From NCBI GenBank assembly GCA_036405135.1, contig DASWYF010000037.1:90016-154015 (forward strand): 64,000 nucleotides of DNA, in the 5' to 3' direction. Positions 31,008 through 41,372 of the stretch are shown here, one piece after another. Source of the DNA: Verrucomicrobiia bacterium. Lineage in GTDB: Bacteria; Verrucomicrobiota; Verrucomicrobiia; Limisphaerales; JAEYXS01. A program made the translations under genes and the position numbers. The notes under the pieces are model-generated. The model was not told the origin of the DNA. It saw only the letters and a program-made list of their open reading frames with translations, and searched no databases. Each line of letters starts with the position of its first letter. Within the stretch, counting starts at the first letter, position 1.

Positions 31008-32216
31008 CTAATCCAAGCAGAGACTTGTATGATTGCTGTTGAGGCTTGGCTGCACAGTGGGAATAGCAGGTTTAGCGCAGGAGTCGATTGGGTAATCATG
31101 AGGGATTGAATGGCACTTCGGGAAGGTCAGCTTAAATTCTGCTCCACCTCCTAGAGCATTTGTCACTGAGATACTGCCTTGATGCTCATCCATCGCCAGT
31201 TTGCAAAAAGCTAGGCCGATGCCATATCCGTGTTTTCCCTTGCGCTGGCCTGCTCCCATACTAAACAGATTGAATATCTGTTGTTGGTATTCGGGTGAGA
31301 TTCCTGGCCCGTGATCTCGGACGGTGATTTGGATATGGTCAGGATTTTGTTCCAAGGAGATATCAATGGAAGATGGTCCTTGGGAATGCTTGATTGCATT
31401 GAGGATGAGGTTTTCCAGACAGCGTTCCAAAATCATCTGATCGCATTCGGCTAAAATATTGGAGTCGGATGGGGCGAAGATGAGATTGATCCCGGAGGCA
31501 GTCGCTATCGACCGGTGTGAAGAAATCAAGCGGTTCACCAAAGGCACCAAGTTCTGCTGTTTGATCTCGAGTTGTAAGCCTTCCCGGTCGTTTAGAGCGA
31601 TCATGAGCATGTCGTTCACCATGCTGGCGATCCGGTCACACTCAAAATTTAAAGTCTTGGTGTAACGTGCAATGTCTCCGGCTTCGAGAAGGTTTTCCTG
31701 AAGGAGGGCTGTGAAACCGCGGAAGATGGTCAATGGACCGCGGATGTCATGCACGACCATGCTGATGAGTTCTTGCCGTTTCTGCATTTCGTGATGCTTG
31801 CTGAGAAAGGCCAGTCTCAGTCTGGCGGCACCCTGAACTCTGGCCCGTAGCTCGTGCAGGCGAAAAGGCTTGGTCACGAAATCGGTAGCCCCGGCTGCCA
31901 GACCATCTACGATGACATCTTCCGAATTCAAGGCAGACATCAAGATCACTGGTACGGGCACTATGGGTTTTTGTGCGCAGATTTTTTTACAAGCTTCCAA
32001 TCCGGTCATACCCGGCATCATGACGTCCAATAGAACGAGGTCGATATTCCCTTCGGCGTAGATTTTCAGTGCTGCTTGAGCATTGTCTGCGTGAACCAAT
32101 CTGTATGGGCCATAGCCCAAGATGGCCTCGATACTTACATGGACGGTAGGTTCATCATCGACGACCAGAATTTGTGTCGTTGCTTGGGTTTGGCCGGGTG
32201 TGCTCATGTCATTCAT
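31008..32216 (-). CDS. Response-regulator receiver fused to histidine kinase (REC-HisKA-HATPase)
   Basis: 402-aa ORF. The REC segment is ILVVDDEPTV...DLVLLDVMMPGMTG. The H-box is MVVHDIRGPL, followed by the ATPase G-boxes. Confidence 0.85.
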   Translation of the reverse strand: MNDMSTPGQTQATTQILVVDDEPTVHVSIEAILGYGPYRLVHADNAQAALKIYAEGNIDLVLLDVMMPGMTGLEACKKICAQKPIVPVPVILMSALNSEDVIVDGLAAGATDFVTKPFRLHELRARVQGAARLRLAFLSKHHEMQKRQELISMVVHDIRGPLTIFRGFTALLQENLLEAGDIARYTKTLNFECDRIASMVNDMLMIALNDREGLQLEIKQQNLVPLVNRLISSHRSIATASGINLIFAPSDSNILAECDQMILERCLENLILNAIKHSQGPSSIDISLEQNPDHIQITVRDHGPGISPEYQQQIFNLFSMGAGQRKGKHGYGIGLAFCKLAMDEHQGSISVTNALGGGAEFKLTFPKCHSIPHDYPIDSCAKPAIPTVQPSLNSNHTSLCLD

Positions 32217-32389
32217 CGCAGTTCAGAATTTCTTTTTCCGCCTATAATTTCGTCGCAATCGGCCGAATGAACAAGCGATGAACCGTCTGCGAGTGTCACA
32301 GAGGTGTAAAAAGGATGCCGTATCGACTGCAGCCAAGTAATGGTACAATAGCTCCAAAGTATTTGGAGATTCAAACCGGCTAAGCGACC

Positions 32390-35300
32390 TCAGGCCTTGC
32401 GACTTTCTGACTGGGCGCAAATCTTTCCGATGAGTTCGGAGAGCGCTTTCAGTTTTACCGGTTTCGACAAGTAATCATCACAACCGGCACGCAAGCAGCG
32501 TTCTTTGTCGCCGGGCATGGCCAAGGCGGTAAGCGCTATGATATGGACATGATTTACCGCAGGATCCTGGTGTTGGCGGATGATCTCCGTTGCTTCCAGA
32601 CCGTCCATCTTGGGCATCTGTATATCCATCAAGACGACATCAGGATAATATTTTTCCACGCTCGTCACCGCTTCCTCACCGTTGACGGCTACACGGATGT
32701 CATAGCCACGAGCTTCGAGGTAACATTTCACTGCTTCGACATTTACCGGGTTGTCGTCGGCAATAAGCACCAAAGGTTTCTTTGCTGAGGTGGCGGCTTT
32801 GCTGGCAAGCGCATGGGGAGTCGAAAGCGGAAGGGCTTTCGGTGATGCTTTCTTGGCGGCGTTGGGTTCCTTCCATGGTATTTCGACAAAGAACTTACTG
32901 CCGACACCAACCTCACTGGTGACTCCTACACATCCACCATGCAGCTCGGCGAGCTGTCTCACAAGGGCGAGACCAAGGCCTGTGCCGTTGTATTGACGTG
33001 AAAGCTTCGAGTCGAGCTGGACAAAGGGCTGGAAGAGTTTGCTGAGCTGCGAGGGACTGATGCCGATGCCTGAATCCTCCACTTCGATCCGTAGAATTTC
33101 ATTTTCTGCATCGCCCTGGATACGCAGCCATACACGACCGTCGTTCGGCGTGAATTTGACCGCGTTGCTTAGCAAGTTCACCAGCATCTGTTTGATCCGG
33201 CGGGCATCCACGCGCACGATTATGTCTTGCGGGTCTTGTACGAAAGTGAGGGTCTGGTTTTTCTTGGCCATCATCTCTTTGACCAGCCGCGTGCTGGCCG
33301 AGCAAAGATCGGAGATGGGGTAGTTTGCCAGTTGCAGCGTCAATTGGCCGGATTCAATTTTGGCCAGATCAAGGATGTCATTGATGAGTTCCAGCAGATG
33401 GCGACCGCTTTCTTCGATTGATTTGAGATACTTGGACTGACGTTCCGAGAGTTGTCCGTAAACTCCTTCCAGCAAGACTTCTGACAGGCTGAGAATGCCG
33501 GTCAAGGGGGTGCGCAGTTCATGGCTCATGCTGGCGAGAAATTCATCCTTCATCCGGCCAGCTTTTTCGAGTTGGGCAATGGCCAGTGCGAGTTCTTCAC
33601 TGCGCTCACGCAAATTGCGTTCATTCGTTTTGGTCAGTGTGATGTCCTGCGCTGTTCCAGCAACACGGATCACTTTGCCGCCATCCTCTTCCACACATTC
33701 CGCGCGCAGAATTACCCAGCAACTGCCGCCATCAGGGCGCAATATTTCCGCCTCGAAAGAGAACTGCTCGCCGATGCCGGGAAGATTGGTCATGGCCATC
33801 TGGAATCTCACCCAGCTCTGCGCAGTGAATAGCGGACGCTGTTTCGAGGGTGGAGGAACTGTCCACGAAAGTTCGCGCCCTGCCATCTCATACAGTTCGG
33901 GACTCCACGTGACGCAGTCCTCAATGATGTTCCATTCCCATGAAGCCAGCTTGGCTATCCGTTGAGCGGAGCGGAGGCGGCGTTCGTTTTCAGACAGAGC
34001 GGTAAGGATCTGGATCTGATGCGAAATGTCTGCCCGGGTGCCCACGATGCGCAGGGCATGGCCTTGCTCGTTTCGTTGCATGACCTTGCCTTTGTCTCGG
34101 ATCCATAGATAGGTGCCATCTTTTCGCAAGACCCGATGCTCTGCTTCATATACGCACGTTTCCCCACGCAGATGCTTTTCCAATTTGAGTTTGGCTTCTT
34201 GCCGGTCATCAGGATGAATTGTGTCAATCAGCAAGTCAGGAGTCTTCGGGTGCTCTCCGTTTTCAAATCCGGTGATCTGCTCGAATCGAGGGCTTAAGTA
34301 GAACTGATTTGTCGGGAGATCCCAGTCCCACACGCCTTTATCGCTACCATCGAGAGCGAACTTCCAGCGCTGCTCGGCGGCTTGCAGCATTTGCTCGGTT
34401 TCTACCAACTGCGAGATGTCTCGTCCTTCAACAACCAGATACTGGATGCTTCCATTTACACCCTTCAGGGGTTTGGCGGAGAAATCGATATCCACCAAGA
34501 TGCCTTCCAAGTTCTTGATGCGTAATTTTTCACGAACCATTTCTCCACCTGCTGCACGGGTTATGCCGGCTCTGACCTTGGCAGATTCCAAGGGGGCGTC
34601 AGCCAGCCAATCGGTTTCCCAAAACGGTTTACCAAGTTCATCCTCTGCTTTTCGCGCAATGAAATCGAGCGCTGGCTGATTGGCTTCAAGAACCAAACCG
34701 GAAGGATCCAGCAGGCTCATCAGCTGGAAGGTGCCATTGAAGACGGCCTGATAACGCTGCTCCCGTTCCTCTTTGGCCTTGCGCTCTGTCTGAACGAGCG
34801 AGAGCAGGTCCGTATGCGCTTCATGCGCGCAGATGTAATGCCCAAGCATTTCTGCCGCTAATTGCAGAAGCTCCAGATCAGCCGCCACCCATTCGCGGTG
34901 TTCTGATATCGAATCATAGCCGATAAATCCTTTGAGCCCGGCAGACGAACAGATCGGGACCACCGCCAGAGCCTTGATCTTTTGGGGTTCCAAGATGGCC
35001 CGCTCGGCATCAGCTTCTGGCGGCAGATCATCGAGTGTACGCAACAGGATATGGCGGCCTTGGTGCATTTGGGCCATCCACCAGGGAAATATATCGGTGG
35101 GTAGTTCTTGGAGATTTTTTATCTGCGGTTTGACCCCCGGCTGACACCACTCGGCGGTATTACTCATGTGGAAAGAGTCCTTGGTCAACTCGAACAGATA
35201 AACGCGGTCAGCATTGGTCGCTTCACCAAGCTGTGAAAGAAAGGGTTCTACCAGTTCCCGCGGTGATCGCTGATGCTCTCGCAAACATTGGCGCATCAGA

Positions 35301-35869
35301 TTGGTTAGGATGTGCTCAAGCTGTATCCGGCGACGCAATTGTATGCTATCAACCGGTTCCACCCTTTGGGCGACATGATCGGGTGTGAGTTGTACGATGG
35401 CGTAGGCTCCGAACCGCAACGCGTCTTTGTCTGCTTCACTCCATGTCCTTGGCCGGGTCTGACCGGTCAGGATGGCGCCGACTGTTTCACCTGTTCCATT
35501 CACTACAGGTGAGGCCAGGTAAGAATTTCTGGTAGGCACCTCGATAGAGTTGTCTGCTTCGTTAACGTTCTGGCAGTTGACGTCGTGGTACTCGACGGGG
35601 CGACTTTCTAAGATGGAATCCCGAGCCATCGCAGCTTCAAAGCTCAACCGTTCGGCCAGTCTCCAGACGATCGTGCGCCCGGATGCCGTGATCTCGACCA
35701 GTCTGTCGATATCGGAGATGAAGTAAGACAAGTAGTCGGCATGCACCAACCTCCTCAATTGATCGCAGAGTCCGCCCAGATCATCACGGCCCATGGTTCG
35801 TGATGGAGTTTGATTGACGCCGTTTGTTGGCTGATCGAGCGTTTTCGCGGTCATAGGGCTACTGGTCAA
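32390..35869 (-). CDS. Hybrid sensor histidine kinase (GAF/PAS repeats, HisKA, HATPase, C-terminal REC)
   Basis: 1159-aa ORF. The H-box is FLASMSHELRTPLTGIL and the G2 box is GTGLGLALVRQLAELHGG. The C-terminal REC is LIADDNPVN...VLMDIQMPKMDG. It overlaps the upstream kinase gene by 4 nt. Confidence 0.9.
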   Translation of the reverse strand: MTSSPMTAKTLDQPTNGVNQTPSRTMGRDDLGGLCDQLRRLVHADYLSYFISDIDRLVEITASGRTIVWRLAERLSFEAAMARDSILESRPVEYHDVNCQNVNEADNSIEVPTRNSYLASPVVNGTGETVGAILTGQTRPRTWSEADKDALRFGAYAIVQLTPDHVAQRVEPVDSIQLRRRIQLEHILTNLMRQCLREHQRSPRELVEPFLSQLGEATNADRVYLFELTKDSFHMSNTAEWCQPGVKPQIKNLQELPTDIFPWWMAQMHQGRHILLRTLDDLPPEADAERAILEPQKIKALAVVPICSSAGLKGFIGYDSISEHREWVAADLELLQLAAEMLGHYICAHEAHTDLLSLVQTERKAKEEREQRYQAVFNGTFQLMSLLDPSGLVLEANQPALDFIARKAEDELGKPFWETDWLADAPLESAKVRAGITRAAGGEMVREKLRIKNLEGILVDIDFSAKPLKGVNGSIQYLVVEGRDISQLVETEQMLQAAEQRWKFALDGSDKGVWDWDLPTNQFYLSPRFEQITGFENGEHPKTPDLLIDTIHPDDRQEAKLKLEKHLRGETCVYEAEHRVLRKDGTYLWIRDKGKVMQRNEQGHALRIVGTRADISHQIQILTALSENERRLRSAQRIAKLASWEWNIIEDCVTWSPELYEMAGRELSWTVPPPSKQRPLFTAQSWVRFQMAMTNLPGIGEQFSFEAEILRPDGGSCWVILRAECVEEDGGKVIRVAGTAQDITLTKTNERNLRERSEELALAIAQLEKAGRMKDEFLASMSHELRTPLTGILSLSEVLLEGVYGQLSERQSKYLKSIEESGRHLLELINDILDLAKIESGQLTLQLANYPISDLCSASTRLVKEMMAKKNQTLTFVQDPQDIIVRVDARRIKQMLVNLLSNAVKFTPNDGRVWLRIQGDAENEILRIEVEDSGIGISPSQLSKLFQPFVQLDSKLSRQYNGTGLGLALVRQLAELHGGCVGVTSEVGVGSKFFVEIPWKEPNAAKKASPKALPLSTPHALASKAATSAKKPLVLIADDNPVNVEAVKCYLEARGYDIRVAVNGEEAVTSVEKYYPDVVLMDIQMPKMDGLEATEIIRQHQDPAVNHVHIIALTALAMPGDKERCLRAGCDDYLSKPVKLKALSELIGKICAQSESRKA

Positions 35870-38430
35870 GAATAGGTGCGCAGAGCTTTGATTTCGGCGG
35901 ACTTGGTTCTCCCGTCCACCGTGTCCTTGGCCGGACGTTTTTGCAATGGAATGTAAACGGTGAATTTGCTGCCCTTGCCCGGCTCGCTATCCACCAGGAT
36001 CCTTCCACCGTGCTGCTCAACCAGACCGCGCACCAAGGCAAGCCCCAGACCGGTGCCGTCGTATTGGCGTGAAAGTCCGCTATCAAGCTGGACGAACGGC
36101 TTGAAGAGTCGCGAACGTTTGCTGACATCAATTCCAATCCCGTTGTCACTGACTTCGAAGACCACCGAGTCATGGATGCGATGGCTGCTAAGCTGAACCT
36201 GTCCCTTTATATGGGTGAACTTGACGGCATTGCCCAGCAGATTTACCAACACCTGCTTGATGCGGCGAGGATCGGCCCAGATCTTCATTTCACCGATGTC
36301 TGAAACAAATTGCAGGTCCTGCTGTTTCTTGACGGCCGATGGGCGGATGAGACGCAGACTGGATTCGCAGAGCGATTCGACATCGCACCATTCGCAATCC
36401 AGTGCGTTTCCGCCGGATTCAATCTTGGCCAGATCAAGGATGTCATTGATCAATTCGAGCAAGTGATCGCCGCTCTCGAACACTTGGTTCATATATTTGA
36501 GCTGTTGTTCGTTGAGCGGACCGAAATCCTGTTCGGTCAGGATCTCGGTAAGCGTCAGCATGTTGTTGAGCGGTGTGCGCAGCTCATGACTCATTGCAGC
36601 GAGGAACTCGTCGCGCGATTGCAGTGCTTTTTGAAGATTGCTGTTCAACCCGGCCAGTTCTTCGCGCTGACGCACCAGCTCCATGCTGGCTTGCAGTCGT
36701 TCGGTTACATCCGTCTGAATTGAGACGAAATTGATGACTTTGCCATTAATGTCTTTCACCGGGGATATATCGACCTCCGCCCAATACTTCTCACCGAGTT
36801 TGGAGTAGTTGAGGATCTCGACGCGGATCTGTTCCTGGGCAGCGATGGCTTTTCGCATCTGCGCGACGGTTCCGAGATCTGTTTCCGGACCTTGTAGGAA
36901 CTGCCCGGGCTTTTTGCCTTTCACTTCATCCAAGGTCCAACCGGTGCGGCGTTCGAATGCCTGGTTGACCCATTCGATTGCTCCCTCTGGGGAGCAGATG
37001 ATGACAAAGTTGCTGGTTTGAGAAGCGACGTATGAAAGCCGTTGGAGTGCAAGGCCGGCAGCTTCGAGTTGAAGGGTGCGCTCGGTGACGCGTCGTTCCA
37101 GTTCTTGGTTGAACATGGCAGCTTGTTTGGCGGCTACTTCTCGGGCAGTGACATCCCGGAGGCAACAGACCCGGCCGTAACTACGGCCATCAACGTACTG
37201 CGGCTTGGAGTAACGCTCCAGGCATCTCCCATCCTTTAAATGAATCACTTCGAAGCGTTCGGTCTCCGGTTGCTCGTACAGGCAGTTGACGCTGCTTTTG
37301 AACGCATCGGGGTTCTCAGTCTGGCTGGCAATATGTGCGAAAATCTTTTCGCTATCCCCGCTGACCATCAAACCGTCACCCAGATTCCAGATGGTCAGGA
37401 AATTGCGGTTGTAGTTTAGGATTCCCCCTTTGGGATCGGTCACAAGAATGCCGTCAGCGGTGGATTCCAGCGTGGCATTCAGGGTGGATAGTGATTGCTT
37501 AAAGCGCAGACGCAGACGCCGTTCAAAGACATAAGCCATGGACAGCAGGGTGATCACCACGATGGCCGGGATGGCTACTTTCAGGATATGCATCAGACTG
37601 GGAGTTCGTGGCTCCAGAATTCCGAACCATTTTTCGTATAAGGAATCGTAAATGCCTTTGGCTTTCACCAAGGCGAGACCTTCATTGATCTTGGCGAGGA
37701 GCTCGGTATTTCCCGGGGTGTCCTTTTTTACTGCGAACGCGAATTTTTGGAAAAATTCAAGCTGTTGATCCAGCGCATGCACATTGGAGATTTTGTGTTC
37801 CCGAAGTTCATTGAGGCCCACCAGTTTTCCCACCAGCATCGCATCTCCGGTGTCCTTGGAGAGCAATTGCAGGCCGCTTTCCACGTCATCCACGGTGATG
37901 AGATTCGTCCAGCCGCGAGCCAAGGCGTAGTCATGAGCCAGATCACGGTTCAGGACGATGAGTTTTTTGCCAGGGAAATCGGCCTCGCTTTTGATCCGGC
38001 TGTCCTTGCGGACGAAGATGCCGCCATGCATCGTGACGTGTGGAACGGCAAAGCTGCTGAACTCTTTACGGGCATCAGATTCAGCCAGGTTGATCATCAC
38101 ATCGATGTTTCCCTCTTGGAAGCCAACCAACACCTCGTGGAAAGGAGCCACCTTGATCTCGTAAGGCAGCCCCGCTTCTTTGGCGACAGCTTTCCAAAGC
38201 TCAACCGTGAAGCCGTCCGCGGTATGATCCGATTTGGTGAGCGAGAAGGGCGGGTAGGAGAGCTCGCAGCCGACAACCAATTTACGCGGTGACAGGCTAT
38301 TCGTGATTACAGCGGCTTGTACATGAGCCACGGCAAATAGGGTCAAAAGCAGACTGATAACGCTCAGCCAGCCTTGCTGACGAAGTGTTGGGCGCAGGGA
38401 TATATTTCGCATAACGCTTAGTGTTTGCAT
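35866..38430 (-). CDS. Sensor histidine kinase with periplasmic solute-binding (SBP_bac_3-like) domain and PAS domains
   Basis: 854-aa ORF. After the signal/TM segment comes an amino-acid-binding-protein-like N-terminus. The H-box is FLAAMSHELRTPLNNML, followed by a HATPase region. Confidence 0.85.
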   Translation of the reverse strand: MQTLSVMRNISLRPTLRQQGWLSVISLLLTLFAVAHVQAAVITNSLSPRKLVVGCELSYPPFSLTKSDHTADGFTVELWKAVAKEAGLPYEIKVAPFHEVLVGFQEGNIDVMINLAESDARKEFSSFAVPHVTMHGGIFVRKDSRIKSEADFPGKKLIVLNRDLAHDYALARGWTNLITVDDVESGLQLLSKDTGDAMLVGKLVGLNELREHKISNVHALDQQLEFFQKFAFAVKKDTPGNTELLAKINEGLALVKAKGIYDSLYEKWFGILEPRTPSLMHILKVAIPAIVVITLLSMAYVFERRLRLRFKQSLSTLNATLESTADGILVTDPKGGILNYNRNFLTIWNLGDGLMVSGDSEKIFAHIASQTENPDAFKSSVNCLYEQPETERFEVIHLKDGRCLERYSKPQYVDGRSYGRVCCLRDVTAREVAAKQAAMFNQELERRVTERTLQLEAAGLALQRLSYVASQTSNFVIICSPEGAIEWVNQAFERRTGWTLDEVKGKKPGQFLQGPETDLGTVAQMRKAIAAQEQIRVEILNYSKLGEKYWAEVDISPVKDINGKVINFVSIQTDVTERLQASMELVRQREELAGLNSNLQKALQSRDEFLAAMSHELRTPLNNMLTLTEILTEQDFGPLNEQQLKYMNQVFESGDHLLELINDILDLAKIESGGNALDCEWCDVESLCESSLRLIRPSAVKKQQDLQFVSDIGEMKIWADPRRIKQVLVNLLGNAVKFTHIKGQVQLSSHRIHDSVVFEVSDNGIGIDVSKRSRLFKPFVQLDSGLSRQYDGTGLGLALVRGLVEQHGGRILVDSEPGKGSKFTVYIPLQKRPAKDTVDGRTKSAEIKALRTYS

Positions 38431-38557
38431 CGGTCAAATGCCGAATATTCTTTAAAACAGAATACGGCCGTATCTTGACCGAGCGTAGCCCGGAAGTGTC
38501 ATGAGAAGGTAAAAACTGGCAGGGAGAATTTGCGCCAGCAGGGTGAATCGGCAGGAG

Positions 38558-39295
38558 CTATATCTCAGGAGAAAGTTCGGCCACCGAGGGGACGCGTACG
38601 ATGAGGTAGCCCAGGTTGCGTTTGGTTTCTATCGTAACCTCCTTTCCGGCAATGGATTCCAGCTTTTTCCTCAGAGAGACGACGTAATTGTCCACCGTGC
38701 GTGAATTGGGCAGGTTGTTGAAGCCCCAAACCGAGGCCAGCATGCGGTCACGGTTTACTGGCACCCCTTCGTTGAGGAGTAGTAACTTCAGAATTCCCGC
38801 TTCTTTGGGATTCAACTCGACCTCATGTCCTTCGCTGGACAAGCGAGCATTGGCGGGGTCAAAGGTAGCTTTGCCCAATTGATAGTTCGCGGTGCTTTGT
38901 TGCTCTTTTTGGCGCCTTCTAAGGAGGGCTTCCAGTTTGGCTTGCAGTAAACGTAGCGGAAGCGGCTTGGTCCAATAGTCATCTGCCCCGACCTGCAAGC
39001 CGCCTACTTGGCTGTCTAAATCATTTTTTGCTGTTAGCAGTACAATCGGCGTTTGGTTGCCCAGGTCGCGCAGTTGTTTGCAGATGTCAGCACCGCTGCG
39101 ACGCGGCAATATCCAATCCACCAAGATCATGTCCGGCAAATTGTTCAACGCGCTCTGCAGGCCGGATTCGCCATCGGATGCTTCCAATACGAGGTAACCG
39201 AGATTGGTCAGATAATCCCGGACGGCCATCATCTGGACCGGGTCATCCTCAATCAGCAAGATGCGCTTCTTGGTTAAGGGCTGCATGTACGCCAT
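38558..39295 (-). CDS. OmpR-family response regulator
   Basis: 245-aa ORF. The REC segment is ILLIEDDPVQ...ILVDWILPRRSG. The C-terminal winged-helix segment is RTVDNYVVSLRKKLE...LGYLI. Confidence 0.9.
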   Translation of the reverse strand: MAYMQPLTKKRILLIEDDPVQMMAVRDYLTNLGYLVLEASDGESGLQSALNNLPDMILVDWILPRRSGADICKQLRDLGNQTPIVLLTAKNDLDSQVGGLQVGADDYWTKPLPLRLLQAKLEALLRRRQKEQQSTANYQLGKATFDPANARLSSEGHEVELNPKEAGILKLLLLNEGVPVNRDRMLASVWGFNNLPNSRTVDNYVVSLRKKLESIAGKEVTIETKRNLGYLIVRVPSVAELSPEI

Positions 39296-39423
39296 AAATT
39301 TCTATTTCCTTATATCGGCAGCCGTAAAGGGAAACTTTTGACAAATCTGTGACCATTCTGAGGTTTCCTAATCGGCCTAATCATCCGTTAGTAGAGTTGA
39401 GGCGGGGAATCCGCCAAGATGAC

Positions 39424-41043
39424 ATGAATACTTACGCTGAAAGCCCGTTGACAGAGAGAACTGAAGGACGCTCGATTTGTGATGGAGCCAGTTTGTGCGA
39501 TGGCGTCAACCAACATTCCGAGATCGGGAATGATACATCCATTCTGTTCATCCCGAAGATACTGTTGATCGACGATGAACCGGTGATACATGAGGTCATC
39601 GAATCAATCTTATACCGGGAGGGGTATGAATTGCATCTGGCCAGTGATGGCATCACCGGTGCGGAAAAAGCCAAGAGCCTTCAGCCCGATGTCATTTTGC
39701 TGGATGTGATGCTGCCCGGCATGGACGGGTATGAGGTGTGTCGAAACTTGCGACGCTCACCGGAACTGGCCGCCATCCCGGTGGTGATGATGAGCGCACT
39801 CTGTGACCGTAAATCCCGGTTGGCCGGGCTGGAGGCGGGAGCTGATGAATTCCTCGAAAAACCGATCGACAGTCTGGAATTGAAGATACGGCTGCGAACC
39901 TTGACGCGTCTAAACCGTTTCCGGGTGCTCAAAGATCAGCGTGAACTCATGAACTGGATGGTTGAGGGCATGGCTGATGGCGTGGTGATCCAGTTCGCTG
40001 ATGGGCACCTGCACTATGCCAATGAAGCAGCCCGGCATTGGCTGTTTCTAGATGCAGAGGAAGAACTAGGGGAGGAGCGGTTGCCTGAATTGCGGGACCG
40101 TCACTACCGGTGCAAAGGCATGCTGGAAGAACAGCAAGCCAGTTATGAAGAGCAATGGGTGTGTCCGGAGTCACCTACGGCACCGGAGTATGTTCTCGAG
40201 GTGCGCTGGCGATACGCCGAGATGAATGGTCAGCGCATCAAAGTAGGGCTGATGCGTGATGTGACAGAAATGATTGCCTTTGGCCGGATGAGCATGGTTT
40301 TTCAAAACCTGGTCTCTCACAAATTGCGGACTCCGTTGAACATCCTTAATGGGGCCTTTCAAGTGATGCAGATGGAGATCCCCGAAGTCGCCCAATGTGA
40401 ATGGGGACGCATGGCTGGGGGAGCCATCGAGAGTCTGATTGATTTGAACGACTCATTGCTGAGGTTCGTAGATCCCAACTTGCGGCAAAATTTCACCGGA
40501 CTTTATGAGGTTTCCAAAATTGAAAGTTGTCTGCAGCGGATAACTACGCAACTACGTCTGCTCCAAACACCCGAACTTCGGGTGGATTCTACCGCTATGT
40601 CTCAGGCGCTGCCGCTTAATGAAACAGGAGTGGAATTGCTGCTCCTGATCCTTATTTCCAATGCGATGAAGTTTCATCCCAAAGGCGATCCCAGAATCAC
40701 GCTGAGCATTAGCCAATCCGAAGCTTCAGATCTGATGATCAGAGTGTGTGATGACGGAATGCACCTGAGCGCAAAGCAGCTCAAATCGGTTGCCCGTCCA
40801 TTCTTTCAGGCGGAGAAATATTTTACTGGAAACGTAAATGGCTGGGGGCTGGGTCTCTCTTTGGTGAAGGAGTTGATGGATGCTTTCTCCGGGTCGTTTA
40901 CGCTCGCAAACCGTAAGGATCAGCATGGTATCGAAGCTACCATAACACTGCCCGGGAGTCCTCAGGTTCAAATTCCGTCGCGAAATTGTTCTTTGCCTGT
41001 TGCCAACTTGGTTCATGCCCAAGAGTTGTTGATCAAGTGGTAG
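39424..41043 (+). CDS. Response-regulator receiver fused to histidine-kinase-like domain
   Basis: I prefer the ATG at 39424 over the upstream GTG. The REC segment is ILLIDDEPVIHE...ILLDVMLPGMDG. It has a variant H-box LVSHKLRTPLNIL and the ATPase motif NGWGLGLSLVKEL. Confidence 0.8.
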   Translation: MNTYAESPLTERTEGRSICDGASLCDGVNQHSEIGNDTSILFIPKILLIDDEPVIHEVIESILYREGYELHLASDGITGAEKAKSLQPDVILLDVMLPGMDGYEVCRNLRRSPELAAIPVVMMSALCDRKSRLAGLEAGADEFLEKPIDSLELKIRLRTLTRLNRFRVLKDQRELMNWMVEGMADGVVIQFADGHLHYANEAARHWLFLDAEEELGEERLPELRDRHYRCKGMLEEQQASYEEQWVCPESPTAPEYVLEVRWRYAEMNGQRIKVGLMRDVTEMIAFGRMSMVFQNLVSHKLRTPLNILNGAFQVMQMEIPEVAQCEWGRMAGGAIESLIDLNDSLLRFVDPNLRQNFTGLYEVSKIESCLQRITTQLRLLQTPELRVDSTAMSQALPLNETGVELLLLILISNAMKFHPKGDPRITLSISQSEASDLMIRVCDDGMHLSAKQLKSVARPFFQAEKYFTGNVNGWGLGLSLVKELMDAFSGSFTLANRKDQHGIEATITLPGSPQVQIPSRNCSLPVANLVHAQELLIKW

Positions 41044-41132
41044 TATGCTTCAAACAACCCACTATAAAAACGACTATGATTAAAACCAACGCTTTGGATT
41101 TAGCGAGTAAAGACCAGTAGCTCGAAGCAGTA

Positions 41133-41160
41133 ACGGACCAATAAAATTGGTGTCCGTTTT
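41133..41160 (+). terminator. Candidate intrinsic terminator after the 39424-41043 gene
   Basis: ACGGACCAA-TAAAA-TTGGTGTCCGT forms a 6-bp plus 3-bp stem with a 2-nt bulge, followed by TTTT. It lies ~90 nt after the stop codon. It overlaps the first TTGGTG motif of repeat copy C. Confidence 0.35.
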
Positions 41161-41330
41161 GGTGTCTGTCGAGGCTCTTGGGGCAGCTAACCCTTGCTGC
41201 GCAAGCTATTGGATTTGGAGGCGAGGCCGGAATCGGCTGCCTTTAAGACAGATCAACGCGAATCCGGACGTATCTATCCGAATCCGATCGTAGATACTTG
41301 GTATGGGTGTTGGTATTCGTAAGATGCCTG
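41144..41330 (+). repeat. Intergenic repeat family, copy C (diverged, rearranged)
   Basis: TTGGTGTCCGTTTTGGTGTC lies at 41147-41166 and the tRNA-3-prime-like core TGGAGGCGAGGCCGGAATCG at 41216-41235. A TATC/AATCCG motif region follows, then TTGGTATGGGTGTTGGTAT at 41298-41316. Confidence 0.6.
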
Positions 41331-41372
41331 CTGTCTATATTCTAATCCGATCAGACCTGTTTTGACATTTAA

